Shown here one piece after another: positions 24,571 through 38,387 of a DNA stretch of 49,216 nt (position 1 is the stretch's first letter; each line of letters opens with the position of its first letter). Source of the stretch: Octopus bimaculoides (Eukaryota). Under the pieces are notes generated by a model that was given only the letters and a program-made list of their open reading frames with translations, did not search any database and was not told the DNA's origin. Where the stretch lies: NCBI RefSeq assembly GCF_001194135.2, contig NC_068983.1, forward strand, positions 110,538,972 through 110,588,187, read 5' to 3'. A program made the translations under genes and the position numbers.

Positions 24571-25215
24571 TCTATATGCCTTATATTTAGTGGCACATCC
24601 TTGTTCAAACCACACATTTTACCTCTCGTCATTTCTAGAAACACATTGTCTTCATCGTTCAAGACTTGGGAAAAATTCACTGTCATTTGTCCAGCTAAAT
24701 CATCTTCACTACTTACTTCATCAGCATTCTCCTTAATTACTTTTTCAACTTTTATTCTTCTCTAAATTTCTTCACCCCCTAATCCTGTACTCCAATCATT
24801 TATGCAAACTACTCCTGCCTGGTCTTTCAAACGTAGAATAGAATCTTCAAGATTTCCTTTTCATCCCATATTCTCTTCATTCGTTTCATGAAACTTCCTT
24901 CATTTGACTCACTTCTCAGCCAACATTCAATCACAATTACGTTTATCACTTTCCCATTTCACTTTCCTACCACTGCACTTTTGACTTCGGTTCTGATCAA
25001 TGACTTGATGACGACCTGCCGAATCTTGGTAAGACACTTTTTGCCTGCAGTGCGTGACACCGTTCTTGTTTCTTTGTCTTGTTATTTTACTGCTTACACG
25101 GTGTTATCTAACCTAGTACTGTACGGTCATGACACTTTTGTAAACCCTTATTACTTCATAACGAAACCCTCCTTCTCTTCCTCCTCCTCATTATTATTTT
25201 TATAACTAATTTTAC

Positions 25216-25262
<47 letters not shown>

Positions 25263-26114
25263 ATAGCTGTTTTCTAGTTTTAGTGTAGTTATTGCTAGTC
25301 GCGGTAACCTTTGCAGTAGTTCCTACAAAACTATATTCTTCCTCATTATTGCCTACATCATAAATTCACATTCTGAGCAATTCACTCTGCCGTTAGTAAT
25401 AATTAAACAAATACTTCATAAAATTTCAAACCATGATCTTGAACAGTAGAATTAGTAATTTTATTGCAGCATTAATATTGCATTAATTAAGAGCAGTACA
25501 TTTAAAGCAGAGAACTGGAGACTTCAAGCGATGTATTTCGATACACCAGAGGACAGTGAAAGTTAGCAGTGGATCTTCCTCCTTACAGTGTTCATAGTAA
25601 TTAGTTTTATTTCAGTTTCCGACACAGCGGTATTTCTACTATAAGAACATTACTTGCAGAATTGACTTGACCTACTACGTCTTCAACACATCTTTAATAA
25701 TCTTTTTATTAATACGATAATGGAGTTTTGAAATGATATTAAATTCAATTTCATAACAATTTATATTCTTAAATGCATACACAATTAGCTTAATTTCATA
25801 AATAATCCCAGCATGATACATATTTTTGTAATCAGCAGATATTTCAACGCCACCATCTGAGGTGTGTCATATAGTCTCAACAATTCTACGTATTGATTTA
25901 GCCAAAATAGACCACTACATTTTATCAGCGCTGCTTTATAATATTTTCTACTATTCAGCTCCTTTTAGTTGTATTTGGGCACAAGGCCATTATTGGGGAT
26001 ACCATATTGTCGACTGAATCGATCAAGAGTACGGAAAAGCAAATTTGACTGACGTGCCTGTACTTAGACTGGAATAATATTGTTGAACAGGAATCTTTGG
26101 TTGCTATTATTTAT

Positions 26115-26330
26115 AGCAATTAAGGCAGCGAACAAAATTAAGGCACCGAACAAAATGCTGCTAGGCATTTTCCCCGTTTTTTTGCGTTCTGAGTTAAAAT
26201 TTCGCAGATGTCGACTTTGCATTTCATCGTTTTGGGGGTCGATAAAAAAAGTACCAGCAGAGCACTGGGGTCGATGTAATCGAATTCCTCACTTCTCAAA
26301 TTTGCTGTCCTTGTGTCAAAATAAGAAAAG
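26115..26330 (+). mobile_element. tRNA-derived SINE (46472 family), diverged
   Basis: gcgttctgagttaaaatttcgcagatgtcgactttgcatttcatcgttttgggggtcgataaa...agtaccag...cactggggtcgatgtaatcga. Confidence 0.8.
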
Positions 26331-26361
26331 ATTATCGCAATTACGACAGATTATTGCAATT

Positions 26362-26759
<398 letters not shown>

Positions 26760-27499
26760 AATATATGAGTATATTCATATATATGTACATGTATGTATAT
26801 ACGTTCATCCACATGTACATATAGATACATAACTGGGTACATGACGTGGCANNNNNNNNNNNNNNNNNNNNNNNNNNNNNNNNNNNNNNNNNNNNNNNNN
26901 NNNNNNNNNNNNNNNNNNNNNNNNNNNNNNNNNNNNNNNNNNNNNNNNNNNNNNNNNNNNNNNNNNNNNNNNNNNNNNNNNNNNNNNNNNNNNNNNNNNN
27001 NNNNNNNNNNNNNNNNNNNNNNNNNNNNNNNNNNNNNNNNNNNNNNNNNNNNNNNNNNNNNNNNNNNNNNNNNNNNNNNNNNNNNNNNNNNNNNNNNNNN
27101 NNNNNNNNNNNNNNNNNNNNNNNNNNNNNNNNNNNNNNNNNNNNNNNNNNNNNNNNNNNNNNNNNNNNNNNNNNNNNNNNNNNNNNNNNNNNNNNNNNNN
27201 NNNNNNNNNNNNNNNNNNNNNNNNNNNNNNNNNNNNNNNNNNNNNNNNNNNNNNNNNNNNNNNNNNNNNNNNNNNNNNNNNNNNNNNNNNNNNNNNNNNN
27301 NNNNNNNNNNNNNNNNNNNNNNNNNNNNNNNNNNNNNNNNNNNNNNNNNNNNACGAGAGGTAGAGAGAGAGAGAGATATAGTAGTAGTAACGGTGAGAGG
27401 CGAAGGACGAGTAACAAGAGATGGGGAGAGAGAGAGAGAAGTAGTGACAGGTAGAGGCGAAGAACAGTAGAGGGAAGAATGAGAGGGGGAGGTAGAAAT

Positions 27500-28400
27500 A
27501 GAGAGAGTCGCGTTAGAAAAATAGTTAGACTCTATCAGATGCCAGTGGGTTAAGCTAGCGGTAGTTGATAGCTTCCTTTATCTAGGTGATGAAATCAGTA
27601 GCAGAAGTGGGTGCTCTGAAAGCATAGATGCAAGAATAAGAATAGGCTGGGCAAAGTTCAGAGAGTTCTTACCGCTGTTGGTAACTAATGACCCCTTTCT
27701 AAGAGAGAAAGTCCGACTGTATGATGCCTGTGTGCGAAAGGCTATGCTACGCGGCAGTGAAATATGGGCTGTGACCGCCGAGGACAGGCGTAGGCTTGGA
27801 AAAAATGAAGCTAGAATGCTTCGCTGGATATGCAATGTCAGTGTGCATGTACGACAGAATGTAAGCGTCTTGAGAGAAAAGTTGAGCATAAGAGGCATCA
27901 GATGTGGCGTGCAAGAGAGACGACTGCGGCGGTGTGGTCATGTGATGCGTATGGACGGGAACGACAGTGTAAAAAGTACCCTTCGTGCGTTGGGCCTCTC
28001 GGGGGTAATTCAGGCTGACGCCGGTGACACGCAACTGGCATCCATGCCGGTGGCACGTAAGGTGCACTTTTCAAGCGGTGGGCCTCACAAAAGTAATAAC
28101 AAATGACCGAGACCTTTGTCAATATGCTGTGCTTGAGAAGAAGACCCATGATGCCAAGGGAAATCGTAGTCTGGCGGACACTGGTGTCACTCAACTGGCT
28201 CCTGTGCCGATGGTACGCAGAATTACCCATTACACTCTTGGAGTGGTTAACGTTAGGAAAAGCTTTCAACTGTACAAACCATGCCAAATCAGACTGGAAT
28301 CTAGTGCATCCCCTCACCTTACCAGCCCAGGTCACACCATCCAACCCATGCCAGCATGGACAACGGACGTTAGATGATGATGATGATGATGATGATGATA
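27500..28400 (+). pseudogene. RTE-clade LINE 3' part with (GAT)n tail
   Basis: VDSFLYLGDEIS...ARIRIGWAKFREFLPLL...RLYDACVRKAMLRGSEIW...ERRLRRCGHVMRM; TNDRDLCQYAVLEK; ends ggacgttagatgatgatgat. Confidence 0.88.
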
Positions 28401-28519
28401 ATGTAGGTGAGACAAAGGGAGGGAGAGAGAGAGAGAGAGAGAGCGAGAGAAAGAGAGTGTGTGTGGATACATAGGCACAGGTATTGCTTGTTTTGAGTTT
28501 AGTCCCAATGTGCGACGCA

Positions 28520-28880
28520 TACTGGATAATTAAATTGTAGTATATCCTGGGTCGATGAATACCTTGCGAGTAAATTGAGGAGATGGCAATTACTATAAAG
28601 CCTGTTCTGAGTGCATATGTGTGAATATGCGTTAATGTTTATTCTTTGTGGTTGGCTCTTCAGCTTCTCCTGTAACATCACGGCTCTTCCTAAAGAAATT
28701 GTTACAATAAGCGCCAGAACTAAAACCAGTATTATGATCGATTTGGTCGATTCTGTCCTTCAATACGGTGGTGAAACATGGCTACAGTCAAGTGACTGAA
28801 GCTTGTAAAAGAATAAAAACTTAAAGGAATATATATGTTGAATATACCAGAATAAAAAAGAATAATTAGTGTAAAGTGAA
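28520..28880 (+). pseudogene. Older RTE-like RT C-terminal relic
   Basis: VDSVLQYGGETW resembles ESVLLYGSETW; the rest is strongly decayed. Confidence 0.4.
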
Positions 28881-31800
28881 TTTATAAAAACAACATAGAT
28901 TAGGAACTTTTAGTCCCCATTCGGATCCACGTTTTAGAATCGACGTCGCTAAAATATATTGACAGCTCAATAATGCTGAACGGCATTAAGCACATCCCTT
29001 TATTAAGAGATGTGCTTTTTTAAGCACATTCCTTTTAGAAGATATACATACTGCCTTTTCCAGAAGTCTATTGAACATGAATTATATTTCCTCACATTCA
29101 TTTCACGATATATAATTTGCAATTCAGACTAAAATACTTCTAACCCTCACTGTACTAATAACTTCTTTCTCTGCATTTTTCGTTTTCACAATCTTCCATC
29201 TTTTTGAGTTATTCTTTCATTCTTATGGTTGAAATCCAATTAAACTAGTGTATCTGAAGGTGATTTTCAGCTTCATTTGGGTTACTCAATTTGACACGTG
29301 TAAATTTGTTTCAAGCAATGCATTGAAAATAGCTTAATTGGAAATACATATGGATTAGACCTGTGAACTAAAAATGAGAACATAATAAAGAGGTTTACAT
29401 ATATGTGGTAATTAGTGTGGTTAGAGGTGACAAGAAAGAGGTTAACGATGTAAAGTAGGAATATAAATATTCCTACTTTACATAATAATTGAGCCTAGAG
29501 GTAAAACTATTTAGTGAGATTACGGATTAAATTTTCAAGATCTTTCTATTCGTTCTTCTTTATGTTAAATGGCAGTTGCACCAGATTTATTCTGCCAGAA
29601 GTTTCTTGTACTAATTATATTCAGAACCTTTGTTGATCTTAAAACTCGACAGTACATCGTCACTAGTATATTACATACAACTTGTTCAGAGGATATTCTA
29701 GTAGTTACGCCCCAGATAACCTTGATATTTAGCGCTGAAAGGGACTGTTACATTAGTATCGATAAAGTTTAGTAAAGAAATGGTGATTGCAAATTGTAGA
29801 ATAGAGTGTGAGGTAATTATTAACCAAGAAGGGGCACTTACGAAAGGTATTGTGACTGATGTACCAATGGTGAGATTGACACGTGACAGATTCTTCACCG
29901 CAGTGTGATGTTTGCGTTGTCAAAGCCTGGACAAAGGCTCTAAGGCATGAAAGAACGAAAATCGTACGATAGACAGGAGTGGCAAGAGCGCAATGTAGCA
30001 ACAAAACCTCGATTCAACCTTCCACGGATCAGGAACGATGTGGGCTACTCAATTCAAGGCAGACATGCGCGGCTTTTCACTAAACTATTTGGAATGGATA
30101 GTACATAGAAGATGGGGGTGGATATTACCAACTACCTTCATGACCTGAGTGACTCTCCAATAAGGGTGCAGAGTTTCGCAAAATGCCGATAATAGTGGAA
30201 ATAATACGAGAAGCAATGGTTTGCTGCACAGAGGAAATTTGCTATGGCTAGAAGATCTGGCCTATGAGTTTCTCTTGTTCAGGGCCTCCTAAGAGAGTCT
30301 AATACAACTGGTAGACGAATAGGAGAATTTCCAATCCTGCTAAAGAAGCGAAAGAAGTGCGCATGCGTGTGTGTCCGTGTGTCAGGGTGGTATGCATGTG
30401 TGCTGATAAATAAACAAAAATATTTGTCACATACCTGTGATAAATATAAGAAATAGAGATAGATAAAATAGATAGATAAATAAATCCATATAATGGACAT
30501 AGATACAAACAACGTGCGGAGCGAACCCATACGCACACACAAGCAATTTCATAGACGGCCACAACAATATCAACACGAATAACAATGACAGCAGCAACGA
30601 CGGTGACAACGATGACAACAACAACAACAACATCAACAACCACGATGGCAACACCGTGGGTGAACACACATCACAGAGAGATACAGGACTTGTATCAAAT
30701 GTTCGGGTCTTAGGACAGCAGCAGCAGGAGAATGGGGGTGAGGGGAAGGTCATACTGTTGGTAAGAACAGTGACACACACACAGAAAGACAGAGACACAC
30801 ACATACACATATATGCACATGCACACAAAACACGGACGCAAACGCATGTGCACATAAGGATACACATCTTAGAAGAACAGAATAGAATAATTAGAGCAAG
30901 GGCACACACGAAAACGAAAAGTGTCGCTGAAGAGGTCACAGATGTAGGAAGAAAGATTTCCGGACAATGGACATGGGTTGAAGTAAAAACAAAAATAAGA
31001 ACAGTAATAAACGAGTGAAGAACAAATATATAGAGCATGTGTTCATTGGCAAAAAAAGAAAAAAAAAAGAATTCTCATCCNNNNNNNNNNNNNNNNNNNN
31101 NNNNNNNNNNNNNNNNNNNNNNNNNNNNNNNNNNNNNNNNNNNNNNNNNNNNNNNNNNNNNNNNNNNNNNNNNNNNNNNNNNNNNNNNNNNNNNNNNNNN
31201 NNNNNNNNNNNNNNNNNNNNNNNNNNNNNNNNNNNNNNNNNNNNNNNNNNNNNNNNNNNNNNTATATATATATGCACAAACAATTCGCATAAACATACAC
31301 GCGTATGTATATTACGTATATGTATGTATGCTGTAGCACTATGATTAGAAATGGTTCCATTTCTAATCTAATTCTAAGTAGTCCTAACTTCATTTAACGG
31401 ATCTCATTAAAGGAAGATTTATTTTTGCCTGTCGGGATAGAGAGACCTATATGTTGACATCAACTGCTGTGGTCTTTGCCGATTATATCAAGCAGTGTAA
31501 TTTTATTTGTTTCTCTGCATGATGGCATGACCTTGTGATATTGGTGACGTGTTTCTACAGTATCTGTCTTAAGCTTTGACTTATTAATATTGTCAGATTT
31601 TGCAATCTATTAAGTTACTCTTCGCTCACATCATTTACTTTACTCAGATCCCACAATGCCTGTGTTTCCAGAGGCAATTCGGTTAATTATATTTGCAATC
31701 TTCTATTTATCAGTTACTGATTATAACTGAATTTCTCTGCATTTATAGTCAGTATCATGTAGTCTTTGGTCCTGTAGAGTGAATCAAATGTATTAGTGAA

Positions 31801-32084
31801 AATTAATGCTCAGCAGAGAAGAATCATTTATGGGTACTTTTTAGAATTTGAATGGATAGAAGCCATATATCAATTTGTTCAGGATTTCGAAACTATTAAT
31901 TCGCTACAAGTATAATATTGCTTTTGCCTATCAAAACTAATTCTTTCATAACTACATGCATACATTTATGTATGTATATACATATATATATACAGAGACA
32001 ACCATCGTCATACATATAAATACGAATGTGTGTGTGAGTGTGTTTGTATGTATGGATGGATGTATATGTGAATATATAGATATG

Positions 32085-32135
<51 letters not shown>

Positions 32136-32320
32136 GCAAAAAGGTGTGTATATATATGTATATATGTGTAATATGTATATACATATATATGTATAGATAT
32201 ATATATATTTCTATCTGGCTTTCTGTCTGTCTCTCTGTCTGTTTGTCTGTCTTGTTCTATCTATCTATTTGTCTGTCTATCTGCATGTGTATATATACAT
32301 ATATATATATATATATAATG

Positions 32321-32382
<62 letters not shown>

Positions 32383-32400
32383 CGTGTGTGTATGTATACT

Positions 32401-32672
32401 CATTATTTACATTAGACGGATATTTGTCCCCATCTTGTTTGTTTATAATACAACGTTGCGGCTGTTATACCCTCCAGCTTTCTTCAAGTGTCTTGGGGAA
32501 ATTTCGAATCTGGGTTCTCATTCCTATGGTATTTTTCGATATTATTATTATTGTTTTTATTGTTCAGGTCGGTGCTTGGAATCGAATTCTGAATCTTCGG
32601 GTTAGTAACCCGCGCTCTTAACCACTCCGCTATATGCCCGTACATAATTCCTCATCTCTTAAAAATAGAACT
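32401..32672 (-). mobile_element. tRNA-headed hammerhead-type SINE: minus copy (32401-32639) joined at its head to a plus-strand 3' tail (about 32641-32670)
   Basis: The reverse-complement head is cgggcatatagcggagtggttaagagcgcgggttactaacccg. The decayed hammerhead is at 32447-32492. Directly after comes tacataattcctcatctcttaaaaatagaac in the forward sense. Confidence 0.8.
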
Positions 32673-33156
32673 ATGTATATATACTGTTATTAATTTTTCC
32701 TACTCTATTTTTTGGAGTCACAATTATTCTTTTCTGATTGCGAGACAAACTATCATTTTCTTTTTCCGTCATTAATATGTTTTAACTGTTTCTTCGCTAC
32801 TCAGTTTCACATAATTTAGAATAAATTTAACATTCTCATTTCTGCATTCAGAAGGCGAATTGTAAATTCTGTTACTTCATATTTCTTTTCCAATTTTCCC
32901 TCTTACACTGATCAGTTATATGTTTCACTTATTTAATTAGTGCTGGTACATTCTATTCATTACATTAAATATGCTTGCTGTTATTCACTCAGCTGATACA
33001 ATTAAGACTAATCTTCTTGGGTAATCATTTAATCTTGCATTGAAATCTAATCTAGTAACAGATGAGATTACCTTATTTGTATATAACTTTCTCTTTTTCT
33101 GTCATTTAACTTAACTTCATTCTCGATATTATATATATATATATATATAAATATAT

Positions 33157-33233
<77 letters not shown>

Positions 33234-35580
33234 NNNNNNNNNNNNNNNNNNNNNNNNNNNNNNNNNNNNNNNNNNNNNNNNNNNNNNNNNNNNNNNNNNN
33301 NNNNNNNNNNNNNNNNNNNNNNNNNNNNNNNNNNNNNNNNNNNNNNNNTATATATATATATATATATATTTACGTGTGTGTACATGACTGATATTATTTT
33401 GTTGTCTTTATTAAGCGGTGTGAAATGTAGTCTTAGTGCATGTTCACTTCAGAATAAAGTTACTATATATTCTAAAGACGTGTAATTTTTTCTTGGTTCT
33501 TCTCTAATACTGTTCATTATTCCTTGAGAAATATTCAAATTGATTCCTGTCTTATACATTTAAATGCCTTCTATTTAAAAGGTGCCTGATCGCTTTCATA
33601 TGAGGTTTAAATTAAATTCGTATTCAGCCTAATTCAGAAGCGTGTTTAAAGGTGTTACTATGTAATAATGAGCACTGAGGTTATACTTCGTTCATGGTGA
33701 GGTAGCCAGTAGAGAATGTTTCACATATGTCACTATCCACTTGAATGGAATATAAAATAACTGATCAAGATCTCACATCATTTATATAATTGAGACTTCG
33801 TGTCTACACAAGAAGTTATTTTTACCATTATGTTAGCTAAATGAAACCGTTATTATTGGGAGAGGAATATTCAATTCTGCCAAAAGAAATATTTCTTGGT
33901 TTACGACATTTTGAACTCTTCATAATAGTGGAAAAGTGAATGTTATGGGTTTAATTAACGACCACCTGAGAATGCTACATCTTGAATATAGAAGGGATCC
34001 ATTAACAGATGATTCCTCATAGTGTTTAAAGTGCCAGTACAACTCGATAAAAGGTCGAAGTGCCACTTCAAGATTATATTCACACTCTGATGTCCATACA
34101 TTTTTGTCACAAGACCAACCGCGATTTAATTATTATAAATGCATCAAGCGTGCTGGATTCGTATAATCGTAGCAGCCACGGCAAAAATATTCAGCTGTCT
34201 TTATTCAGGGTTTTATACATTTTGGGATCAAATCTCACTGAATCTAAATTAGTCATTTTTCCTTTCGGTGTCAATAAATAATGTATCAATCAAGTACTGA
34301 GGGTTATTGGTATAGAAAGGATTAAATCCTTACCCCACTTACTTTCGGGCTTTAGTCTATGTGTTAGGAGAAATTAACCATAAATTCGAATGCCAAATGA
34401 CATAATCATGAGAGATAAAATAGAGAACCATAACGTTGACACTCAAGTTCATATATATTAAAATTTTAGCATTGCCGAGCTCTGTGATGCACAAGATGAT
34501 TCGAATATGCAACATATTTTATATTCTATTTGATGTCGAACATACGAATTATAGCAAAAGTCACTAAACAGAGAGGGGCTGTACACTCACACGAGTATAC
34601 ATGTATTTATTTACGTTGATAATTCAAACAGACAGTACGTCTTAAATGGTAATGTTCATGGCTTAAATACATTATTAAGTTAATTTGCCCACAATATCTT
34701 CAAAATGCATTGTTTAATTTGTAACGCCCGTTTTAATGTCTAATTCAGAAGATAAAGCGGTATAGGCATTATTACAAAGGCGAATGAACATATCTCGGTA
34801 CCTAATTCTGATGCTTTACATAAGTTTTATTTTCTTGTTTCAAAGGGAATACTAACGAAAACAGTTAAGGATATTGTTAATATAAAGGTGAGTGGCTCTA
34901 CATTCTGGGTAGAAATCGCTCGAGCGTTTGTCTCGTATTTTAATCATATAAGATGAATAAAATAATTCATAGATATGTAAAGAGACAAATAGTTTACACT
35001 TTCACAACAAATATTTCTTATCATGCAAATGAGAAAAAATATAAATTTGGGGAATGTTTCAAACAGTTTATTTCAACATGAAGGTGAAACTTTACTTCAA
35101 AAACGTATTAATGTCATTTATAGAGCGTTCTAGTATTATATTTGTATTTGCTGCATGTTGTTATACATATATATATATATATATGTGTGTGAAATCTTCA
35201 ATACACAAAATATTAATGCCACGTTTTTGTGAGTAGTTTACGGTAGCAACCTACGTCTAGTAAGATGTAACAACAACGCAATCTTGATTCCAGGTTGCAG
35301 TCATATCTCTACATGTAAATCAATATTTGCATTGTGTAACTTTACTACAAATATTAGGCCATGTGTATTTGTAATAAATAATAAATGCATTTGGTGACAC
35401 CTGCAAAATATCGATCAGAAAAACGAGATATAAAAAGTAAGTACTGTTTATTTGAAATTTATATTAAAAGTAAAACTTTCTATTGTCAGTATTGCAAAAC
35501 ATTTGGATTATCATGCTGATTATACACGTATGCGTTTAAACGAACGAGAAATGCATTACCTATGCCAGTGAGAGAAAAAG

Positions 35581-35639
<59 letters not shown>

Positions 35640-36687
35640 CAGAGAGAGAGAAAGAGTGGTGGGGACGGCAAATATTAAGAAGTGCGTCAAGAGAATGCAA
35701 GAATCGATTTTTTAATTGCAATATGCAATCTTTTGCAACATACATTGGAATTGATATGACTCTGATGTTAAATTCAGAAGGTAACATAGGTAAAGTTTAT
35801 TTGGCAACAGTAAAAATAAACTTCCTATTCTACACCTGTTTTATGCAAATTTATTATCGTTAGACATCACTACTGAAATAAGGTAACAGCACTCAAAACG
35901 GGTACGTAGTTTCTTTGAAAAATTGATGCAATTCTTTCATAAAACATCAGTATTCTAAACACCATTTTCTTAGAATTAGTATACCTGATATTTGCTTCAA
36001 TATTAGTTTATATATAAAATCTTGAATTTTCCATTTAAACTCAGAATATCTTAGTATGCTCTTCAAATGGATGCCTGTTTTTAATTATTTAGATTTAAAA
36101 TAATTTTAGTACATATTTAATATCATACTTACAATTTTATAAATAGAATATAATATTCGGTCAATTGATATTGTATGGTTTCTGTGTGAGTAAGTGTCAG
36201 AGGTTGTAGAATGTCGGAGAAAGCAACACCTTGTATACAGCGAAGTGTTTTTACCGTTTGAATTTAAAACCGACTAAAGCCAGCTCTATAGTTTTGAGTA
36301 ACTCGACTCGAAAAAGCAGGACCGGGTTCAAACCCTGAGTCATCCGGGGCACTTCAAATTAAAATCTTGGAAAATTAGCAATTTTAAATCTCAAACCATA
36401 TCTATTTCGTGTAATTATATTTAACGAGTTAGCAGAGAAAGTTTACATAAACGACTGAAAATGTCACTTTATAGTTACACTTTCCAAAATTCAAATTCTT
36501 TTCTCACATCCACTGACAGTGTTTGACTTCTTCATTGTAAAAAATACAATGAAGTAGAGAAGAAAGGGTACGTTTTCTCTTTTCTTTAACGCGAGTTACA
36601 GATTGTTTTGCACTGCATGAAAAACAGAGAGAAATTCCTGACAAAATTGGCGAAATTCCAATATATAGGGGATAGCTATTCTGAAAG

Positions 36688-38387
36688 AATTCCATTTCTC
36701 CATCAAGTGACAACACACGAGTTCTGGTCTTCTCGTAGGTCTTTGAAATGACAAGAACTCGTTAAGCTAGAATGCCATATGCTCAAAGGATCTTCAACTT
36801 TTTGTAACAATGACTGCTGTCACACCCGTTGCTGAAGTACACAAAGGTTATAATGGCAGGTAGCGGTCTTGATTTAACTTCTATAATAATCCTCAAGGCT
36901 AAGATCTGAGATGTGGATCTCCTTGCTATAAGTCCATTTTGATTTGGTGTTAGATGGCTATCAAGTACCTATTGAATCTTGTTGAGAATCATTCGGTTGA
37001 GTGAGATATTGGACGGTGCAATTTCTCTGGGAGGAATTTCAACCATGTTTCGTGGTCTGCTACCACAACAGCTCCTTTATAGGATCCAGTTAGCTCAAGA
37101 CATCATCAGGAAGAACCACGTCCGGTTTCGGCCCCTACTGCCCTACCGTTTTGACGTGGCGCCCCCCCCCACACTTTCGGAAGTGTCTTCAGCTCTGGTG
37201 TTGGGTGCTTGTCTTCTTTCACTGTTTGTGACTGTTCTAATTCAACTGTGGAATGTCCCTCGCTATGGTTATTTTCCAGGAGGTTCTGGCCACACGTCTT
37301 ACGGTTCATCAACCTGCGTTGTTGAATTACTTTCTTGTTTCATTGATGAGGTTTCTTGACTCTGAGATCGGTTTCGGACCGCTGATTGGACATTCTTGGT
37401 TCCACAAGAGTTAATTTTGCAAAATCCAGTATTATTTCTTCGAGACTGAAGTTCTTGATAAATTCAGGAGGGATTTCATCAGGGCCAACCCTTTTCCCCT
37501 CTTTCAGTATATTCTTAACACTCTGAATTCTTTCAAATCCTTTCTGGAATGCTATAAAAAGATACGCTTGCACCATATCTGTTTCCAATTGTATTGGATT
37601 ATGCAATGCATAATACAATAGACAGCAGTGACGAAGACCTTGCTTTCTGCATAGACCGGCAAAGATCATGAAGAGCGCCAGCAGTAACCATCACAGACCT
37701 GGACTTCGCAGATGATACAACACTCATATCTTATAACTCATGATATAACATCATCTGCTAAAGTAGGACTGCGCACAAAATCAACTGATATTGAACTGTT
37801 TGTTCTGAGCAGTCCCAACTTGAATGTTACTGAAGACTATGTATTTAGGTGGTTGGGCGAGCAATTTGGAAGCAGACCTCGAGATTAGGAAGGCACAAGC
37901 ATGGAAAGTCTGTCGCAAACTAAAAAATATCTGGAACTCCAAATTGCCCAGGCAAATCAAAATCGAGTTGATCATTGCAACTGTTGAATGGTAGTGAAAT
38001 ATGGACACTGATAAAGAAATCAAATAGGCTAAACGCATGCTACACAAGAATGCTACGAATGGCTCTAAATATGAAATGTTAGCAACATATGACGAATGAA
38101 TTGCCTTTATGGAAACCTGCTGAAAGTTAGCGAGAACATCAGGCAAAGACGGCTACGAATATTTGATCACTGCGTGCGCCATCCTGAGTTGAGAGCATCC
38201 CAAAAAGTATTGTGAAACCCACTTCATACTGGTATATGCAGAGGAATTCGTTGTCACACATCGATAACTTGAATACAGGACACTGGCCTGGAAGGTAACC
38301 AGGACCTCAAAGCAGTAATGATGGACCGAGTGGCAGGTAGACTTGTTGTTGCAGTCTGTGTTGGAACCCAGCAATAATAATAAATAT
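36688..38387 (+). mobile_element. RTE-group LINE with inverted 5' segment (about 36688-37555 minus, 37561-38387 plus)
   Basis: Minus arm: KEGKRVGPDEIPPE...LNRMILNKI...NQNG...RSTSQILALRIIIE...AYGI...LDGEMEFFQ. Plus arm: DTLAPYLFPIVLDY...TITDLDFADD...RQRRLRIFDHC, then an (AAT) tail. Candidate TSD tattc(t/c)gaaag at 36677-36687 and 38388-38398. Confidence 0.85.

Larger units (their letters stand above)
21456..25190 (-). mobile_element. R4/Dong-clade LINE copy B: both ends present, most of RT deleted, split by a hAT-type insertion
   Basis: N-terminal VIECWLRSE...KRMKRIWDEKE (about 24830-24960). PLNIRHID|RETVR joins across the insertion. Also YIYLG...KEKI...YRRVRLMLKTELNAKNKI, CRICGDGEEKLIHIVFGC and ANRPDIVV. 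The 3' end sits on (ATT)n at 21385-21455. Confidence 0.85.

Noticed and set aside
29820-30340. GC-richer, coding-looking stretch (contains HRRWGWI)
   Set aside because: Stops occur in all plus frames I read and no second motif supports a LINE or exon call.
30330-31040. 203-aa and 120-aa ORFs
   Set aside because: They are built from (ACA)n, (CA)n and other low-complexity sequence with no domain.
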